DNA of 64,000 nt, from assembly GCF_902652985.1 (NCBI RefSeq), contig NC_047023.1:30566001-30630000 (forward strand), given 5' to 3'. This stretch comes from Pecten maximus (taxonomy: Eukaryota). The notes under the pieces were generated by a model, which was not told the DNA's origin, made no database searches, and saw only the letters and a program-made list of their open reading frames with translations. Positions 25,201-40,200 of the stretch are shown here, one piece after another (the stretch's first letter is position 1; each line of letters begins with the position of its first letter). Position numbers and translations under genes: made by a program.

Positions 25201-28200
25201 TCCAACGCAACCACAAGGGGTCACTTTCAGTAGTCGTATGGTAAGCGTGGTCATTTATCCCCTTCCTTTGTAAATTTTCCATTTCTAGGTAGTAGCATCC
25301 CAGCTTACATAAACTGTACGAGATGCAGGTTGATGGGATAATGAAAAAGATTATGGTCGACACCATAATTTAATATGCAATTATTCTATGTGTAAGGTGT
25401 TCGTTGATATTCCTGGCGGTTCCCTTGTCATTGCCCCAATTATCATTTAGAGAACGTATAATTTGTTGATGTTGTCCTTCGTTTATAGAATTTGAATTAG
25501 AATCACTATTTTATTATTTGTCAGCATCACCTTGTTATTTATATCAAAGTACGTAAAATTTATTAGGTATTATTAAAAAAAATCAATTTTATTATTTTAT
25601 AGAAATATAAACTTATACTTTATGTAGTCTTGACCAAAGCGGGTGCGATATCCCATTCGCTTACACTGTCATCCTAAAGTTGTATAATTTTCCTCACGAT
25701 TATCATATTAGCACAAATTGAATAGTCTCTATGTGTGAATATATATGTACGTACATCTGAGGTAATACGCTGCCAGCCGTCTGCAGACATTCTAAATTAG
25801 GGAAAGGTATTCCCGAATGGGAGACTCTCTATCTAGGTCGTTATCAACATCCTTATCCTATATCCTGTAATATTCCCATTTTTTATCATAACGATAATGG
25901 ATTTAACAGGCTGTATGTACGTGGTATATGTTATTAATAGATGATGATATTAGCAACAATATCCCGACATAAACAGCCTAAACTGTTTAGCAAAAACAAA
26001 TAAAATATATTTATATGATGGTAGTTAAACAGCTTTCCGGCTCTAGCCTTTACATTACTTCCGTATAATGGCCCTTTTGTGTACCTGTTTTAGGGAAGCC
26101 TATTAGTCTGACATATTCGCAAATGTCCTTAGTGACGTCAATGTAGTATGCATACACCTTTTTTTAATCACCTGGGGAAAATATTACAATTTGTTTTGCG
26201 TGTTTTGTTTCAAATACTAATAAAATCCTGGCGCAGTAGTAGTGCAATAAGACTGATTCCAGTATCAAATGTTTGTTGTCTTTTGGTCACATTGAATTAG
26301 GCGTCTACGTTAGAGATTCTGAGGTATTGCATTTGCTGGTTTCAACAAATGTCCATCCTCTTAGAACAAAATTGTGAACTACATTCAGGTGTATGACATT
26401 GGATATTCAACGATTGACAAGTTTGTGTCAACATACTATATAGACTTCATGTTCCACTCTTTGAATGACGTTCAGTGGTAGTATTGAACCACTCCAGTAC
26501 CCATTAACTACCATTAATTCTATCTCAATCATCCGTGTATGCAATACGACTTAGATATTGCCAATTACAGTTTCTCCGAGCGGTCAATATCCAGCCACAG
26601 AATCCAATGACCTCCATTCTATGTTATCACAGGTGAGATAATCGTTGTTTATTATTGATTACTGAAATAGCCTCATTATTGCCCTAAAATACATGGCCTA
26701 CTGGGTATTACCTGAAATTGATTTCTGTTATCAATAACCTATGAGAGTTACCCTGGAGTGAAACATATAATTAGTGAATCCTTTTGTATACATCTCCGAA
26801 TTACATAGTACTGGAACTAATTCCACGGTTGATTGCTAATCCTCTGTGTTACTATATATTGATTTCTTCATACATACATCTCAATAAATGACAGTATGAA
26901 TAAGGTGTGTCGACTGTTCATTAACTCGGGGCAAATCTGGTTTATTATACCGGTAGGGACTAAACAGAGCTTTCTTGCTGTACCGGGGAGGGATTCAGTG
27001 TCAAATATAATCAAATATTTGCATTAAGTCGTTTTTTATTAATCTTGGTAACTTCCCATTTTAAATTAAACTAGATATCACTAGATATATAAAATCCATC
27101 AACAACACCTAGTATATTTATTGGTACTAGTACCCACTGCTCAAGCCGTGCATTTGAGAAAAAAAAATCTCCCCTGACTTAATTATATTTTTATTGATTA
27201 TGTCGGCAATAGACTGCGTGTCCTGTTATATTTGCTGGAAGGTGTGGTGATTATATATCAGGATTAGGGGTTATTGATCCTCAAACTAAACTATAAAACG
27301 TTACAGCAATTGCGTCGTTCCCGAAGATGCGTCGTTCCATACTTAACTAGAAAATATAGTCAAAACACATCGCCCTTCGAGAAAAGATTGATTTCTGTAT
27401 TGATTTCCTCGGTGTGTACCTAGGTACCCATTCCACACCCAAACATATCTATTTTAAAACATGATTTTTGTAAACTATACTAACTTGCACGTGAGTTATA
27501 CTACAGAACAATAGATATTTTAGAGTTCTACTCTAACACATCCATACACACACACAAAACAACAAAACCAAACCCAAATTTCCCACGAATATGTCACAAC
27601 ACGATCATTATTCAGACACACTAACAATGATTTCCCATAAAAAATAATTATACAATATTTAGAGTTCAAACTTGTTAATCCTCTCCAGCTATGAGGGAGA
27701 CTCTTGGTCATTACTCTCAATTATAACTTACTTGTGCTATTGTTCACTTTTTGTATTGCTCAAATTCTATAAGCGCACAAGAAAATGTAGCTTAGAATAC
27801 ATTTAGTATCAGTTTTTCAAGATGAGGAATACAAATAAGATGTACATGTACTTTTCTTAAACTGATAATACCGACAATACTATCTTCCCCTAGGAAGTTG
27901 TATAATAGGTTGATACGTTACAGTACAATTCCCCGACAGGACATAGAACCGATAATCAAAATACAGGTGTCGTGCAAACAAAAGTCACATGGGAAATCAT
28001 TACCTCGCAGTATGCTTTCGTGCCGGTGTACTGGTGTGTTCTTCCTCGTGTTATGTTATTCCGATGACGTAAAACAGAATGTTGTATCCTATTGTTGAGT
28101 ATATAACTGTATGTCAACAATGTAATTACTGTAGATAACAATACGTTCTTTTTAAAGTACATTAGTAACACGAAACGCAATTTGCCAGTAACCAACGCAA

Positions 28201-31200
28201 ATACGTGGTCAAGTAACATTTACAGAATTTACGTCAAAACTTCCAAAAAGGACAATAAAAATACCGTTCCATACAATAACTCAATAAGGTAATTGTGGCC
28301 ATGTTTTCAGCCATATTGTCCTATGAATTACAAAATACTCTAAATCCTCGGGTTGAGGTGGGAGTTTTAAAACTGAAGGAAAGAAGATTATTACAAATGA
28401 TCCAAATCATGGCTAGCCTATGGAGAAAATTAATCCATATTCTCAGAACCAATTACATTTATCAGTATGATCAATAGGAATCAAAATATAGATGGCTGGT
28501 GGATATGCTTTATATGCTCTCGTAACATAAAACACAATCTGAATTGTAGACAAAATTGTTTGGGGAAATTGTGTATTTTATTGTTTTATCAGGAAAACTC
28601 TATTTTTGACCTTAAATTAGCCATGAATTATCAGTTTGGCTTGTATATGATTTATAATTTGAAAAAAAGCAATCAGTTCAAAAGAACTGCTTAAGATATG
28701 TTGCTTTAATGTGTTATTTTGTCTAAATGAGGTATTGGGTATTTGAACATTTCTAATCTCCTAAGGTTAATTCCATTACCGAAGGAGCTATGGTGATGGA
28801 TTCTTTATCGGTAGCATGAACGAGTAATACTGACTGTATACATTATATTGTACATATAGAAATAAATGTATCAAACTGTCAACGTTTACCTCTATCGATG
28901 TCGACTTAAGTTACTGAAAATTTATCAAAATAAGGCATGACGACATTATTCAGTTCAGAAAGAAATTGTTGTTAAGGAAATTGTCTTTTACGATTGTTAT
29001 CATTAGATGACTTGACTGTAATTAAACTTTCAAAAGCAGGCAATGATTTTGAACAAAACGCTTGTTGGTCTTCTTGTAAGCCTTCTAAGCTTGGCTATGC
29101 CTGGCAATTGAGACACCTGAAGCTGGCTACGCCGTTGCGTTTGAGACCTCCTGAAGCTGATTATGCCGTGCCGATGGAGATCCCATGAAGACCTTCTGAA
29201 GCTGGCTATGTAGTGACAATGGAAACCGCCTAAAGCTGGCTATTCAATGACGGTGGAGACCCCATGAAGCTGGCTATGCCGTGGCGATGGAGACGTCATG
29301 AAGCTGGCTACGCCGTGGCGATGGAGAACGCCTGACGTTGGCTATGTTTATTGCCGTTGCGATGGAAACCCCCGAAGCTGGCTATGAAATGACAATTGAG
29401 GACCTTCTAAAGCTGACTATGCAATGGCGAAGGCGACCTCCTGAAGTTGACTCTGTCGTAACGATGGATACCTCCTGAAGTTTTTCCGTGACAATCGAGT
29501 TGTCGCGGCGGGCGAACGTAATATGAAATGCCATTCTTCCAAATTGTTCCTTTCCAGAAATATTTTTATGGGATTGTGTATCTCACGTGTTGTTTTCCAC
29601 GTGATAAATTAGGTCGCTGTGCGCTCGTTGGTCAAGTTTTCCCCCACGTGATAGCAACATATTAGACGTTCTGTGTCCGTCCGCCCTCTTCCCACAACGT
29701 AGACCCAAAACTTACCCAAGCATCGATTTTATATTAGGATTAATGTAATATTCGTGGATTTGAGTTTGAAAGATAAGTGTATTTATCCTTACTTTTTTTG
29801 TTGTTATATTTTTCTCAATCTTTTTTTTTTTTTTTCTGAAATAAACTGAAAATAATGCCCACCGAAAATGTCGTGATAACATTTTCCTATCATAACACTT
29901 TAACAAAGTTAATATATAAAGTGCATTTGTATTAACTAATATAATACAATAATGGTCATGTGATGAGCAGCTGACACCTTTGGTAGATATAATTTACAGC
30001 AAGAGAGCTTCCGGTTGGGTACAGTAAACTAAATCTGGAACTACTCAGGGTCGACAAACTGATGCTTTCTCTCGATAAGTAAATCGTATTAAATTATTTA
30101 AATTGTTCAGTCAGTGTTCCATCATCATTTCAGGACTTCATGGTACAATAGCTATACATATTTTAGCATTTTTTGTTAAATTTCTGTATTTTACCAGGTT
30201 ATTTATCTATAAACCAAAGCGTGAGCTAGAGCCTTGTAGAACCTGAGACATCATACCAACCAGAGGTCGTCACATTATCACAACCTGTTGTGAGAGTTAA
30301 ATAGGAAGATTGTTATCGAGTCAGTTGATTTTGCTTTTGATGTGGAAAACCACACGTTTAGTATTTCTCTTTGATGGAGGAATTAAAGAACGTGTCTAAA
30401 AGTGTGACCTTGTTTGCCCATCACAAATAAATTGGTTTATAAAATAAAAAGTTTTTATCAAAAAATGAGATATGCAAGGCAAAATTACTGTAAAATCAAA
30501 AGCAGTTTCTCAGATTGAAAAGATCAATGATAAATTGGACTATCATTAGCTCATTGGCTACTAAACAACATACCGGAACTACAGACAAAACTATTTAGGC
30601 AACACTGGTCCACATTTTAGTGTTGATTTATATTTCTCTTGATGTGGGCGTGGATTTTAACCAAAGCACAGTTATATGTTATATATATATATATATATGA
30701 TTGCAGAGCTATGGTTTACATTGTCATAGAAACTGAAGAGGTCTTCCTCTGTCCGGGGATTAGCCTACAATCAGATTCGTCCTAATCATTATCATGGATT
30801 CAGTTTCTTTCAATCAAGAATATTTCATCAAGTTGGTGTGCCAAGAACCAATCTGATGGAGCTGGTGTCCTCCTCAGACCCAAAGCGTGCCCATTATCTG
30901 ATGAAACAGTAAACTGTATGGTAATTGTACTCGTAACAAAATAGGTCAGAGCAGTTCTGAAGACCAGATCGATAGGATTTCATCATCTAGCGCGAGTCAA
31001 TTATACGTAAGACGCTTGGACCAAGCTATGATGTATCTACTTAAGGAAGTTTGATATAAAATCGATTCTAGAGAAATTAGTTAATCATGAAAAGGTCAGA
31101 TGTTCTCTATTCTCTCACTAACTGTCTTCGATTAGCCGCCAGCTAAATGTCATGTTGGTAACTGGTCCGTGTATAAATGTCATTCCACAGGTTAGATTAG

Positions 31201-34200
31201 TTTGATGCGGGGGCAGGGCTACTGATAATACTGGATGCGAGGAATATCTGCATTTTGAGATACTTAGGTCAGACCAAAATAATTACGAATTTCAAAACAA
31301 TGTTATTGTTTCAGCACATAAAGCGAATTTTCTGTTTTTAATTTGCATCTAGATGATAAATCAAATCTGTTACAATTGATTACACATCAAATGTATTGTT
31401 TCGGGAATATACACCTTCAGTAACAAAAAGAAAATTTCTAAGAATTCGTTCATTGAGTTCGAACATTGTAACAAGTACTTGATAACGCCTTTTAAAATGT
31501 TTTGTGTTATTTATAAGAACAGGGGGAGAGAAATACAGTACTGAATTGGGGTTGGGGGACAGAAACAGCACTGAACTGGGTTGGGGGACAGACACAGTAC
31601 TGAACTGGGGGACAGAAACAGTAATTAATTGGGGGTGGGGAACAGAAACAGTATAGAGCAGGAGAACAGAAACAGCACTGAACTGGGGGTTGGGGACAGA
31701 AACAGCACTGAACTGGAGGTTGGGGACAGAAACAGTACTGAACTGGGGGTGGGGAACAGACACAGCACTGAACTGGGGGTGGGGGACAGAAACAGTACTG
31801 AACTGGGTGGGGGACAGAAACAGTATAGAGCAGGAGAACAGAAACAGCACTAAACTGGGGGTTGGGGACAGAAACAGTACTGAACTGAGGGTGGGGGACA
31901 GACACAGCACTGAACTGGGGGTGGGGGACAGAAACAGTATAGAGCAGGAGAACAGAAACAGCACTGAACTGGGGGTGGGGGACAGACACAGCACTGAACT
32001 GGGGGTGGGGGGCAGAAACAGTACTGAACTGGGTGGGGGTTGGGGACAGAAACAGTAGATAACAGGAGAAATGGACAGTACTGAACTGGGGGACAGAAAT
32101 AGTAATGAACTGGGGGTGGGGATAGAAAAAGTAGAGAACAGGAGAAAAGAAACAGTACACAACAGAGGGACAGAAACAGCACTGAACTGGAAGTGGGGGA
32201 CAGAAACAATACACAACAGAGGGACAGAAACAGCACTGAACTGGGGGTGGGGGACAGAAACAATACACAACAGAGGGACAGAAACAGTACTGAACTGGGG
32301 GTGGGGGACAGAAACAATACACAACAGAGGGACAGAAACAGTACTGAACTGGGGGTGGGGGACAGAAACAATACACAACAGAGGGACAGAAACAGCACTG
32401 AACTGGGGGTGGGGGACAGAAACAGTACACAACAGGGGGACACAAACAGTGCACAACAGGCGGACAGAAACAGTACACAACAGGGGACAGAAACAATAAA
32501 AAAGAGTTTACAATGTTAACTCAATTAGTTATATTAATTTCTGGATGACGTATACTTTTTTTTAATTAACGTTGAGCAAAAAACATCAAACCAATTCCCA
32601 GGGCCATTATTACGATACCATTCCTCCCAAAAATATATGTAAGATAAGCTCCAATTTCGTTCTTAATTATTGATGGAAATAATGTACAAAAATATTGAAG
32701 TTTCTCTGGAACAGCATAATAGGCAAGTCTAGGAATGTAATCAGAACGGCGACACATTCGTTATGTTTGATGCAATAATTACAAAGATAAGACCTTTTCT
32801 TGATGATTGGTCTCAACACCCGCTCAAAATATAGATATATAGAATACAGGTAGGTACGTAAGTCAGCAAGTAAAGGTATTACAAATCCGTAAACAAAAAC
32901 TGGAAATACAACTGGTGTTTTAACATGCATGGTGTGACGGATAATAAACCTAGATGTTCACGACAAATCTTATTGTTAAAGACGAACTATCAATGGCCTC
33001 GGGATATGTCTTCCTATCAAGACTTTCCCCTGGTCCTAAAACAGATTACCGACATGCAAATGAGACCGTTATTCTAGCTTAAGTCGATATACTGTGGACA
33101 CTATATGAATGAAATAACAAGGAATAGTAATACCGGGTGTTCCAGACACCCGCAGAGTAAGTCTAGCTGGAATCTGGAGGTCACGACCTTAGAATGGGAG
33201 CAATTATGGTGACAACGGTCTCACATCTGTGTTTTGCTATTTTTGTATGGGTAAATATATAAATTACTTTCGGTCTGTTTAATGTTCCGTCATCTGTGTG
33301 TGGGGCTACTTGTGAGAGACAAAGGCTCCATCAAACCAACCTCTTCAGACAATATGTAACTGTACATGTGGTACAACTGGGGAGATACCATTGGAAGGGT
33401 TAGGAAAGATATTGGTTTAAAGCGTTACCTTGCCACGTGATCTGGATTATATCCAATTCTTGCACATGAAAACGGAATGACAACTTCCGGTGAATTTCGT
33501 GTTTTCTTCGTGCTTTAATACAGAAAGCAATCCTCAACTCTACTTTTGCGGTTTTCAATGAAACTAAGTATGAATAATATATGTGTTTTAACAAAAACTC
33601 TACCGACAAAAACTAGAATGGTTTGTTTCTAAATTGATCGAGACTGACATTTGTGTGTTGGTTTTCCAATAACATGAGAGTTGCAGACCATAGGAGGAAA
33701 TACATCGTCCGCCTCTTCGTCTGCCAAGGACAAAGGCAGTAATTGACGTCTAGCCTTGAAAATGCAATTCGTTTAGTGTAAAAACAACACATTATGTCTG
33801 GCGAATTTAACAATTATATCAACCGAAAACATTTCAAATCAAAAGCAAAGGGCAAAGTGAGAAACTGATTATTCTTTACTCACTTCTACAGCACAAAATT
33901 AGCAGTCGTATGCTGCTAAAAATGGATATTTCAAGTAAGCGCATTGGGGTGCTTTTTGTCAAATTAATCTACGATGTTTTCCTATTCTACTGCAGTTTTG
34001 ACGCGGTTTGAGTTTAGTGTATACTAACATTCTTTGTTTTGATATAATCTGTACATATACATCCTGGAGCGTATTTAGATGCAATGTTGTACTTATGGTA
34101 TTTTTGTTTGAGATCATTTTACCTGATTATGTGGTAAAAGTTTCTAACAGATATTAACGTTATCGATATATCGTCATTGAATAATAACACCTTTGTTGAC

Positions 34201-37200
34201 GTTAGTACGTACATACTCTGACCTACCATTGGGAATATCATGTCCCGTAAGGAAGTACGTACATACTCTGACCTACCATTGGGAATATCATGTCCCGTAG
34301 GGAAGTACGTACACACTCTGATCTACCATTGGGAATATCATGTCCCGTAGGGAAGTACGTACACACTCTGATCTACCATTGGGAATATCATGTCCCGTAG
34401 GGAAGTACGTACACACTCTGATCTACCATTGGGAATATCATGTCCCGTAGGGAAGTACGTACACACTCTGATCTACCATTGGGAATATCATGTCCCGTAG
34501 GGAAGTACGTAAACACTCTGATCTACCATTGGGAATATCATGTCCCGTAGGGAAGTACGTACACACTCTGATCTACCATTGGGAATATCATATCCCGTAG
34601 GGAAGTACGTACATACTCTGATCTACCATTGGGAATATCATGTCCCGTAGGGAAGTACGTACATACTCTGATCTACCATTGGGAATATCATGTCCCGTAG
34701 GGAAGTACGTACACACTCTGATCTACCATTGGGAATATCATGTCCCGTAGGGAAGTACGTACACACTCTGATCTACCATTGGGAATATCATATCCCGTAG
34801 GGAAGTACGTACACACTCTGATCTACCATTGGGAATATCATATCCCGTAGGGAAGTACGTACATACTCTGGTCTACCATTGGGAATATCATGTCCCGTAG
34901 GGAAGTACGTACATACTCTGATCTACCATTGGGAATATCATGTCCCGTAGGGAAGTACGTACACACTCTGATTTACGATTGGGAATATCATGTCCCGTAG
35001 GGAAGTTCGTACATACTCTGATCTACCATTGGGAATATCATATCCCATAGTGAAGTACGTACACACTCTGATCTACCATTGGGAATATCATGTCCCGTAG
35101 GGAAGTACACACTTGATCTACCATTGGGAATATCATGTCCCGTAGGGAAGTACGTACATACTCTGATCTACCATTGGGAATATCATGTCCCGTAGGGAAG
35201 TACGTACATACTCTGATCTACCATTGGGAATATCATATCCCGTAGGGAAGTACGTACACACTCTGATCTACCATTGGGAATATCATGTCCCGTAGGGAAG
35301 TACGTACACACTCTGATCTACCATTGGGAATATCATGTCCCGTAGGGAAGTACGTACACACTCTGACCTACCATTGGGAATATCATGTCCCGTAGGGAAG
35401 TACGTACACACTCTGATCTACCATTGGGAATATCATGTCCCGTAGGGAAGTACGTACATACTCTGATCTACCATTGGGAATATCATATCCCGTAGGGAAG
35501 TACGTACACACTCTGATTTACGATTGGGAATATCATGTCCCGTAGGGAAGTTCGTACATACTCTGATCTACCATTGGGAATATCATATCCCATAGTGAAG
35601 TACGTACACACTCTGATCTACCATTGGGAATATCATGTCCCGTAGGGAAGTACACACTTGATCTACCATTGGGAATATCATGTCCCGTAGGGAAGTACGT
35701 ACATACTCTGATCTACCATTGGGAATATCATGTCCCGTAGGGAAGTACGTACATACTCTGATCTACCATTGGGAATATCATATCCCGTAGGGAAGTACGT
35801 ACACACTCTGATCTACCATTGGGAATATCATGTCCCGTAGGGAAGTACGTACACACTCTGATCTACCATTGGGAATATCATGTCCCGTAGGGAAGTACGT
35901 ACACACTCTGACCTACCATTGGGAATATCATGTCCCGTAGGGAAGTACGTACACACTCTGATCTACCATTGGGAATATCATGTCCCGTAGGGAAGTACGT
36001 ACATACTCTGATCTACCATTGGGAATATCATATCCCGTAGGGAAGTACGTACACACTCTGATCTACCATTGGGAATATCATGTCCCGTAGGGAAGTACGT
36101 ACACACTCTGATCTACCATTGGGAATATCATGTCCCGTAGGGAAGTACGTACATACTCTGAACACCATTGGGAATATCATATCCCGTAGGGAAGTACGTA
36201 CATACTCTGATCTACCATTGGGAATATCATGTCCCGTTGTGAAGTACGTCGGGCATATCTATCAACAACACTGTAGAGGAACATTTCATTAAACCACTTA
36301 ACTAAAGAATATTTCATTTCGCTTCAAAGATTGCAATAGTCTCAAGCAAATAATCGCTTGGCGAGATTTAAATCCTTGACTGAACAAGCACAGACGATTG
36401 ATGTGATTCACATGAATCCAAGTACAAATGTCTTAAACAACGATCTAATGACAGCACTACTACGGGATAAAAAGATGATTATAATTTGTAATAAAGCAAA
36501 TTGAACTCTTATTTTTGCCGACATGCATGCAATCAGTTAATGACAGTTGGGTATTTGTTAAAAGCACTGTTCCTCACTGGAGCCATGTTGTCTGTGCACG
36601 TCTGTTCAAACCTGGCTTGTCAAACATTTTAACAATTAATAATCTACATGTTAATCCCCAGCTGAAGTTGTCTCTAAATCAATAAAGACACAAGTTATAT
36701 ATGGATGCATAGTAATAAAGGTTGGTCTGTGTCATGTTTATGTTTAATGCACGACCCACAGGCTATGTGTAGAGTGCATTGGTAATGAGGAATATCGGCG
36801 TCACCGAAAAAGATGGGGAGATATAGGGTGGGGGATGATCATACAGTAATGTCAACCGTATACTTAAACTATGCGTTATATTTCATCTTAAAGAAGAAAG
36901 ATAATTGATAAAACTAAAATTTAACGTAGCAACTTTTAGTATAAATACCAACTTTTGAAATGTGTAGGACAAAAATTGTGGAATCGTCAACAAAAGCATT
37001 GAGATCCCTTAAGATTATAACTAAAGACACAAAATTGATCTGGGTATTTTTTTTAAACAATGTTAAAAGCATCAAAGGTTCTCAGGAAGCGTCAAAGTGA
37101 AAGGAAGATACTTGTATAAACGGGAACTATGGAAACAAACAGAAATAAAAGGAAAACAAGATCTGATTGGACCGAATCGCCGGCCCATTGGATCTACCTA

Positions 37201-40200
37201 CAATATACTCCCACAGATTTTCATCGATTGCGTGAGGGATTGAATGGACTTCTTGCAGAGAGATAATTGAAAATTTATTGGAAACCCCCATATTGAAAAG
37301 CTCATCACAGACGAGTCAGTAACGCAATGCCGAGGACGCCGTACCATGGCATGCATGTTGTAGTATAAACAAACGATACCCGTTCGTAAAAAAACCCAAC
37401 AGAATGGCACACCCGTAGTACTGCTGGATGAAATCAATATCATATCAGACAGCAGTTCATTGTTAATTCATACACCTCACGCGTACACCTGCGGACGTCA
37501 CCGTTACTGCGGGATCCTCGGAAAACGCCGATTCCGATAAGGAAGCTTCGGTGATGTATACTGTCGTCATGTTCGCCAGAGTCGGTGGTTGTTTTGATAT
37601 TTTGTGCTGATTGCGAAGCAAAGTGAGGCGGATATCAGTATCACTGATTTCATTAAGTTATTTTGATGTCAGTAACGATTTCAGCCTGTGTAATTATACC
37701 GTCGGGTTTTTCAAGACTAGAACACCGCAATAGTATACTCATTGACTTGTGTTCGTTAGGCGTTTTAATGATGAGATGATGCAATCCGACCATGATGGCG
37801 GTAACTGTCTGCGTTAATGAAGTTGTTGGATTCGTCTGGTTGCTGATGCTGACTAGATTCTATGGTTTTCAATAATGATAAAGCTCACCATGATCAAATT
37901 TACCGTATAGCAGTCAATTACTCCTGGGAGGGAAATGGTATTGATGTTGGTATGTTAGTTGTACAAAGCATGGAGGAAAACAAAAATGTTTCCTATTTGA
38001 AACAAATTAACTTTCACTGGCAGGTGTTTCCTGGCTTCCGTTTACCCCTACAGTTATTACAATTTTCAAATGTTGTAAAATGATTTTGAAGTCAAATTGT
38101 CTGACGGAAAATAATGATGCATGTTTCTAAAATATCCGACTATCCTCACTCTTGATTCAATACAATAACTCATACCAAGTTTTCATTTCTTCATGTCCCA
38201 TGGGATATCATTACTGGTTCCATAATTTACGGTCTTAATAGCCTATTTATAGAACGCTAATGACAAAGCCACTGCAATATTGCAATCAATTGCTTGATCT
38301 CGGATCTCGCTATAAAGCATCACCAATAGTTTCCGTGAGTTCCAATGTGTTAAATAGACTTTAACAGACCAATCTTTGTAAAATACTAATTAAGGCATAT
38401 ACGGGATCTGTTTGACAGATGTATGGGTTTGGCAGGAAATGTAACAAAAGGCAAAAATACAGTGCGGTATTTGCCTTAAAGGAAACACCCATCCCTGAGT
38501 AGGTTGACATGTATCCGACACCTCAGCAGTATTCAGGTAATGAATCCGTGCTATATCTTGTTCCTTCGTACCAAGCCTTTAACATGTTTTGTCTGTGTGT
38601 CTTGACGGCAGTTATGATTTCTTATTTAGCAAAGATCTATCTTATGTTCTTATGGTCTTGATATTTAATCAGACACACCGAGGGTGGTTTCCCTGGCCTT
38701 GATGCTATGTTGAACATACTCTCTGGATCTTGCTTGCGATGCAACATTTGCTTTGTCTTCTGGAGAAAACTTCCATGTCGATATCATTGCACATTACACC
38801 AAGCACTCAGGAAGTACAGCAGGACGAACCAGCTGAAATATGAAGTTTGATTTACCAACATTACTTCATTTGTTACAATAATCATATCTTCAAACGCGAT
38901 ATGGTGGTACATATGTATTTGCTATTTTTATATGTCTTTTGTGCATAATCTTCATCACACCTGCTTTGAAATTCAGATGGCCAGGCCTTACAATCTAGCA
39001 TAACTATACGATTTCAGTATGAACATGAGCATGTAAAATTTCATCCATTAAAACCTTATCTGTTACTTTGTAAACAAGATAACTTAAGTATAACGTAAGT
39101 ATTGTAGAACAAAAACATGATTGGCTTACATTAGAACATGAACAGCTTATTGGTTTATATTAGAACGTGAAATTTGATTGGTTGATATCAGAACGATTTA
39201 TACTGATTGGTTGATATAAGAACAAGAAAATGTTACTGGCAAAGTTGATAAAAGGAGAACGTTAATAGTAAGGCTGAGATTATTTATTTAGACAAAAAAA
39301 TCATCGATGTATGGTTACCATATAAGGATATGTTTTGAATGTAAAACAATTTACACGTTGTACATCATTACGTAGTCTAAAATTAATAAGTTTCCAATCC
39401 AGGCATAATTAACAAAATAATTTTGTTTATAACGACATTATCCATTTTATATTGCAATTTATCAATTGAATCAGTAGTTTTATCGGAATTACTCTGCCAT
39501 ATATTTACATGTTACTTTGTCAATCATATCAAGGTTTTAATATCCGGACTGGAAGATGATCGTTTAATTACAATCTATAATTGGAACTCACATATTAGTT
39601 TCACAATATCGAAGAAATCCATTTCCCATACAATAATCCTATAGAATAATGATAGAGCGGTTGCCAATGAACAATGGTGGAAATGACGTCATCAGAAATA
39701 TCATAATTCTACCTTTATAAACTTAAAACGCATGTGTTTTGATAAATGTTCTGCCATGGTATAGGAAAAAAATAAAATACTAATTGAATGAAGAGAGAAT
39801 AAAGCATTAATCTCAACATTTGGGAGAAACCAGCAGCCAATTAATCACCTCATCATTACGCAAGGCGGGAAAAGGTCGGCACTGGCGCATGCGGGCTAAT
39901 CGTAACAAATGGTTTGATGCGGATTTCATTGACCATTAGTTCCGACGCAAATTTCCCCTGGTTTAATAATATGACATTCTTAAAAATCGTTTTTTATAAA
40001 ATACGTCAACCGGTAATGTCGAACACCGTGCACGCGAGGTGATTTTCAAAATCTATAAGATATGGTGGCTCGTTAGGGCCAAGTATCAAATATCGCATTC
40101 TCGCACTCTCGACTTAGGTCGAAAACGCGAGAATGCGAGGGAGCGAAAACGCGAGAATGCGAAATAGAGAAAACGCGAGAATGCGCAAACTCGACGGCGA

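Noticed and set aside
30898-30920. CTGATGA followed by a hairpin as another hammerhead
   Set aside because: The required GAAA box after stem II is absent.
31380-32519. Cys/Pro-rich and other long ORFs
   Set aside because: Repeat-derived low-complexity translations open on both strands.
34204-36249. Hairpin-containing 50-bp repeat as a CRISPR array
   Set aside because: No variable spacers; it is a plain tandem array.
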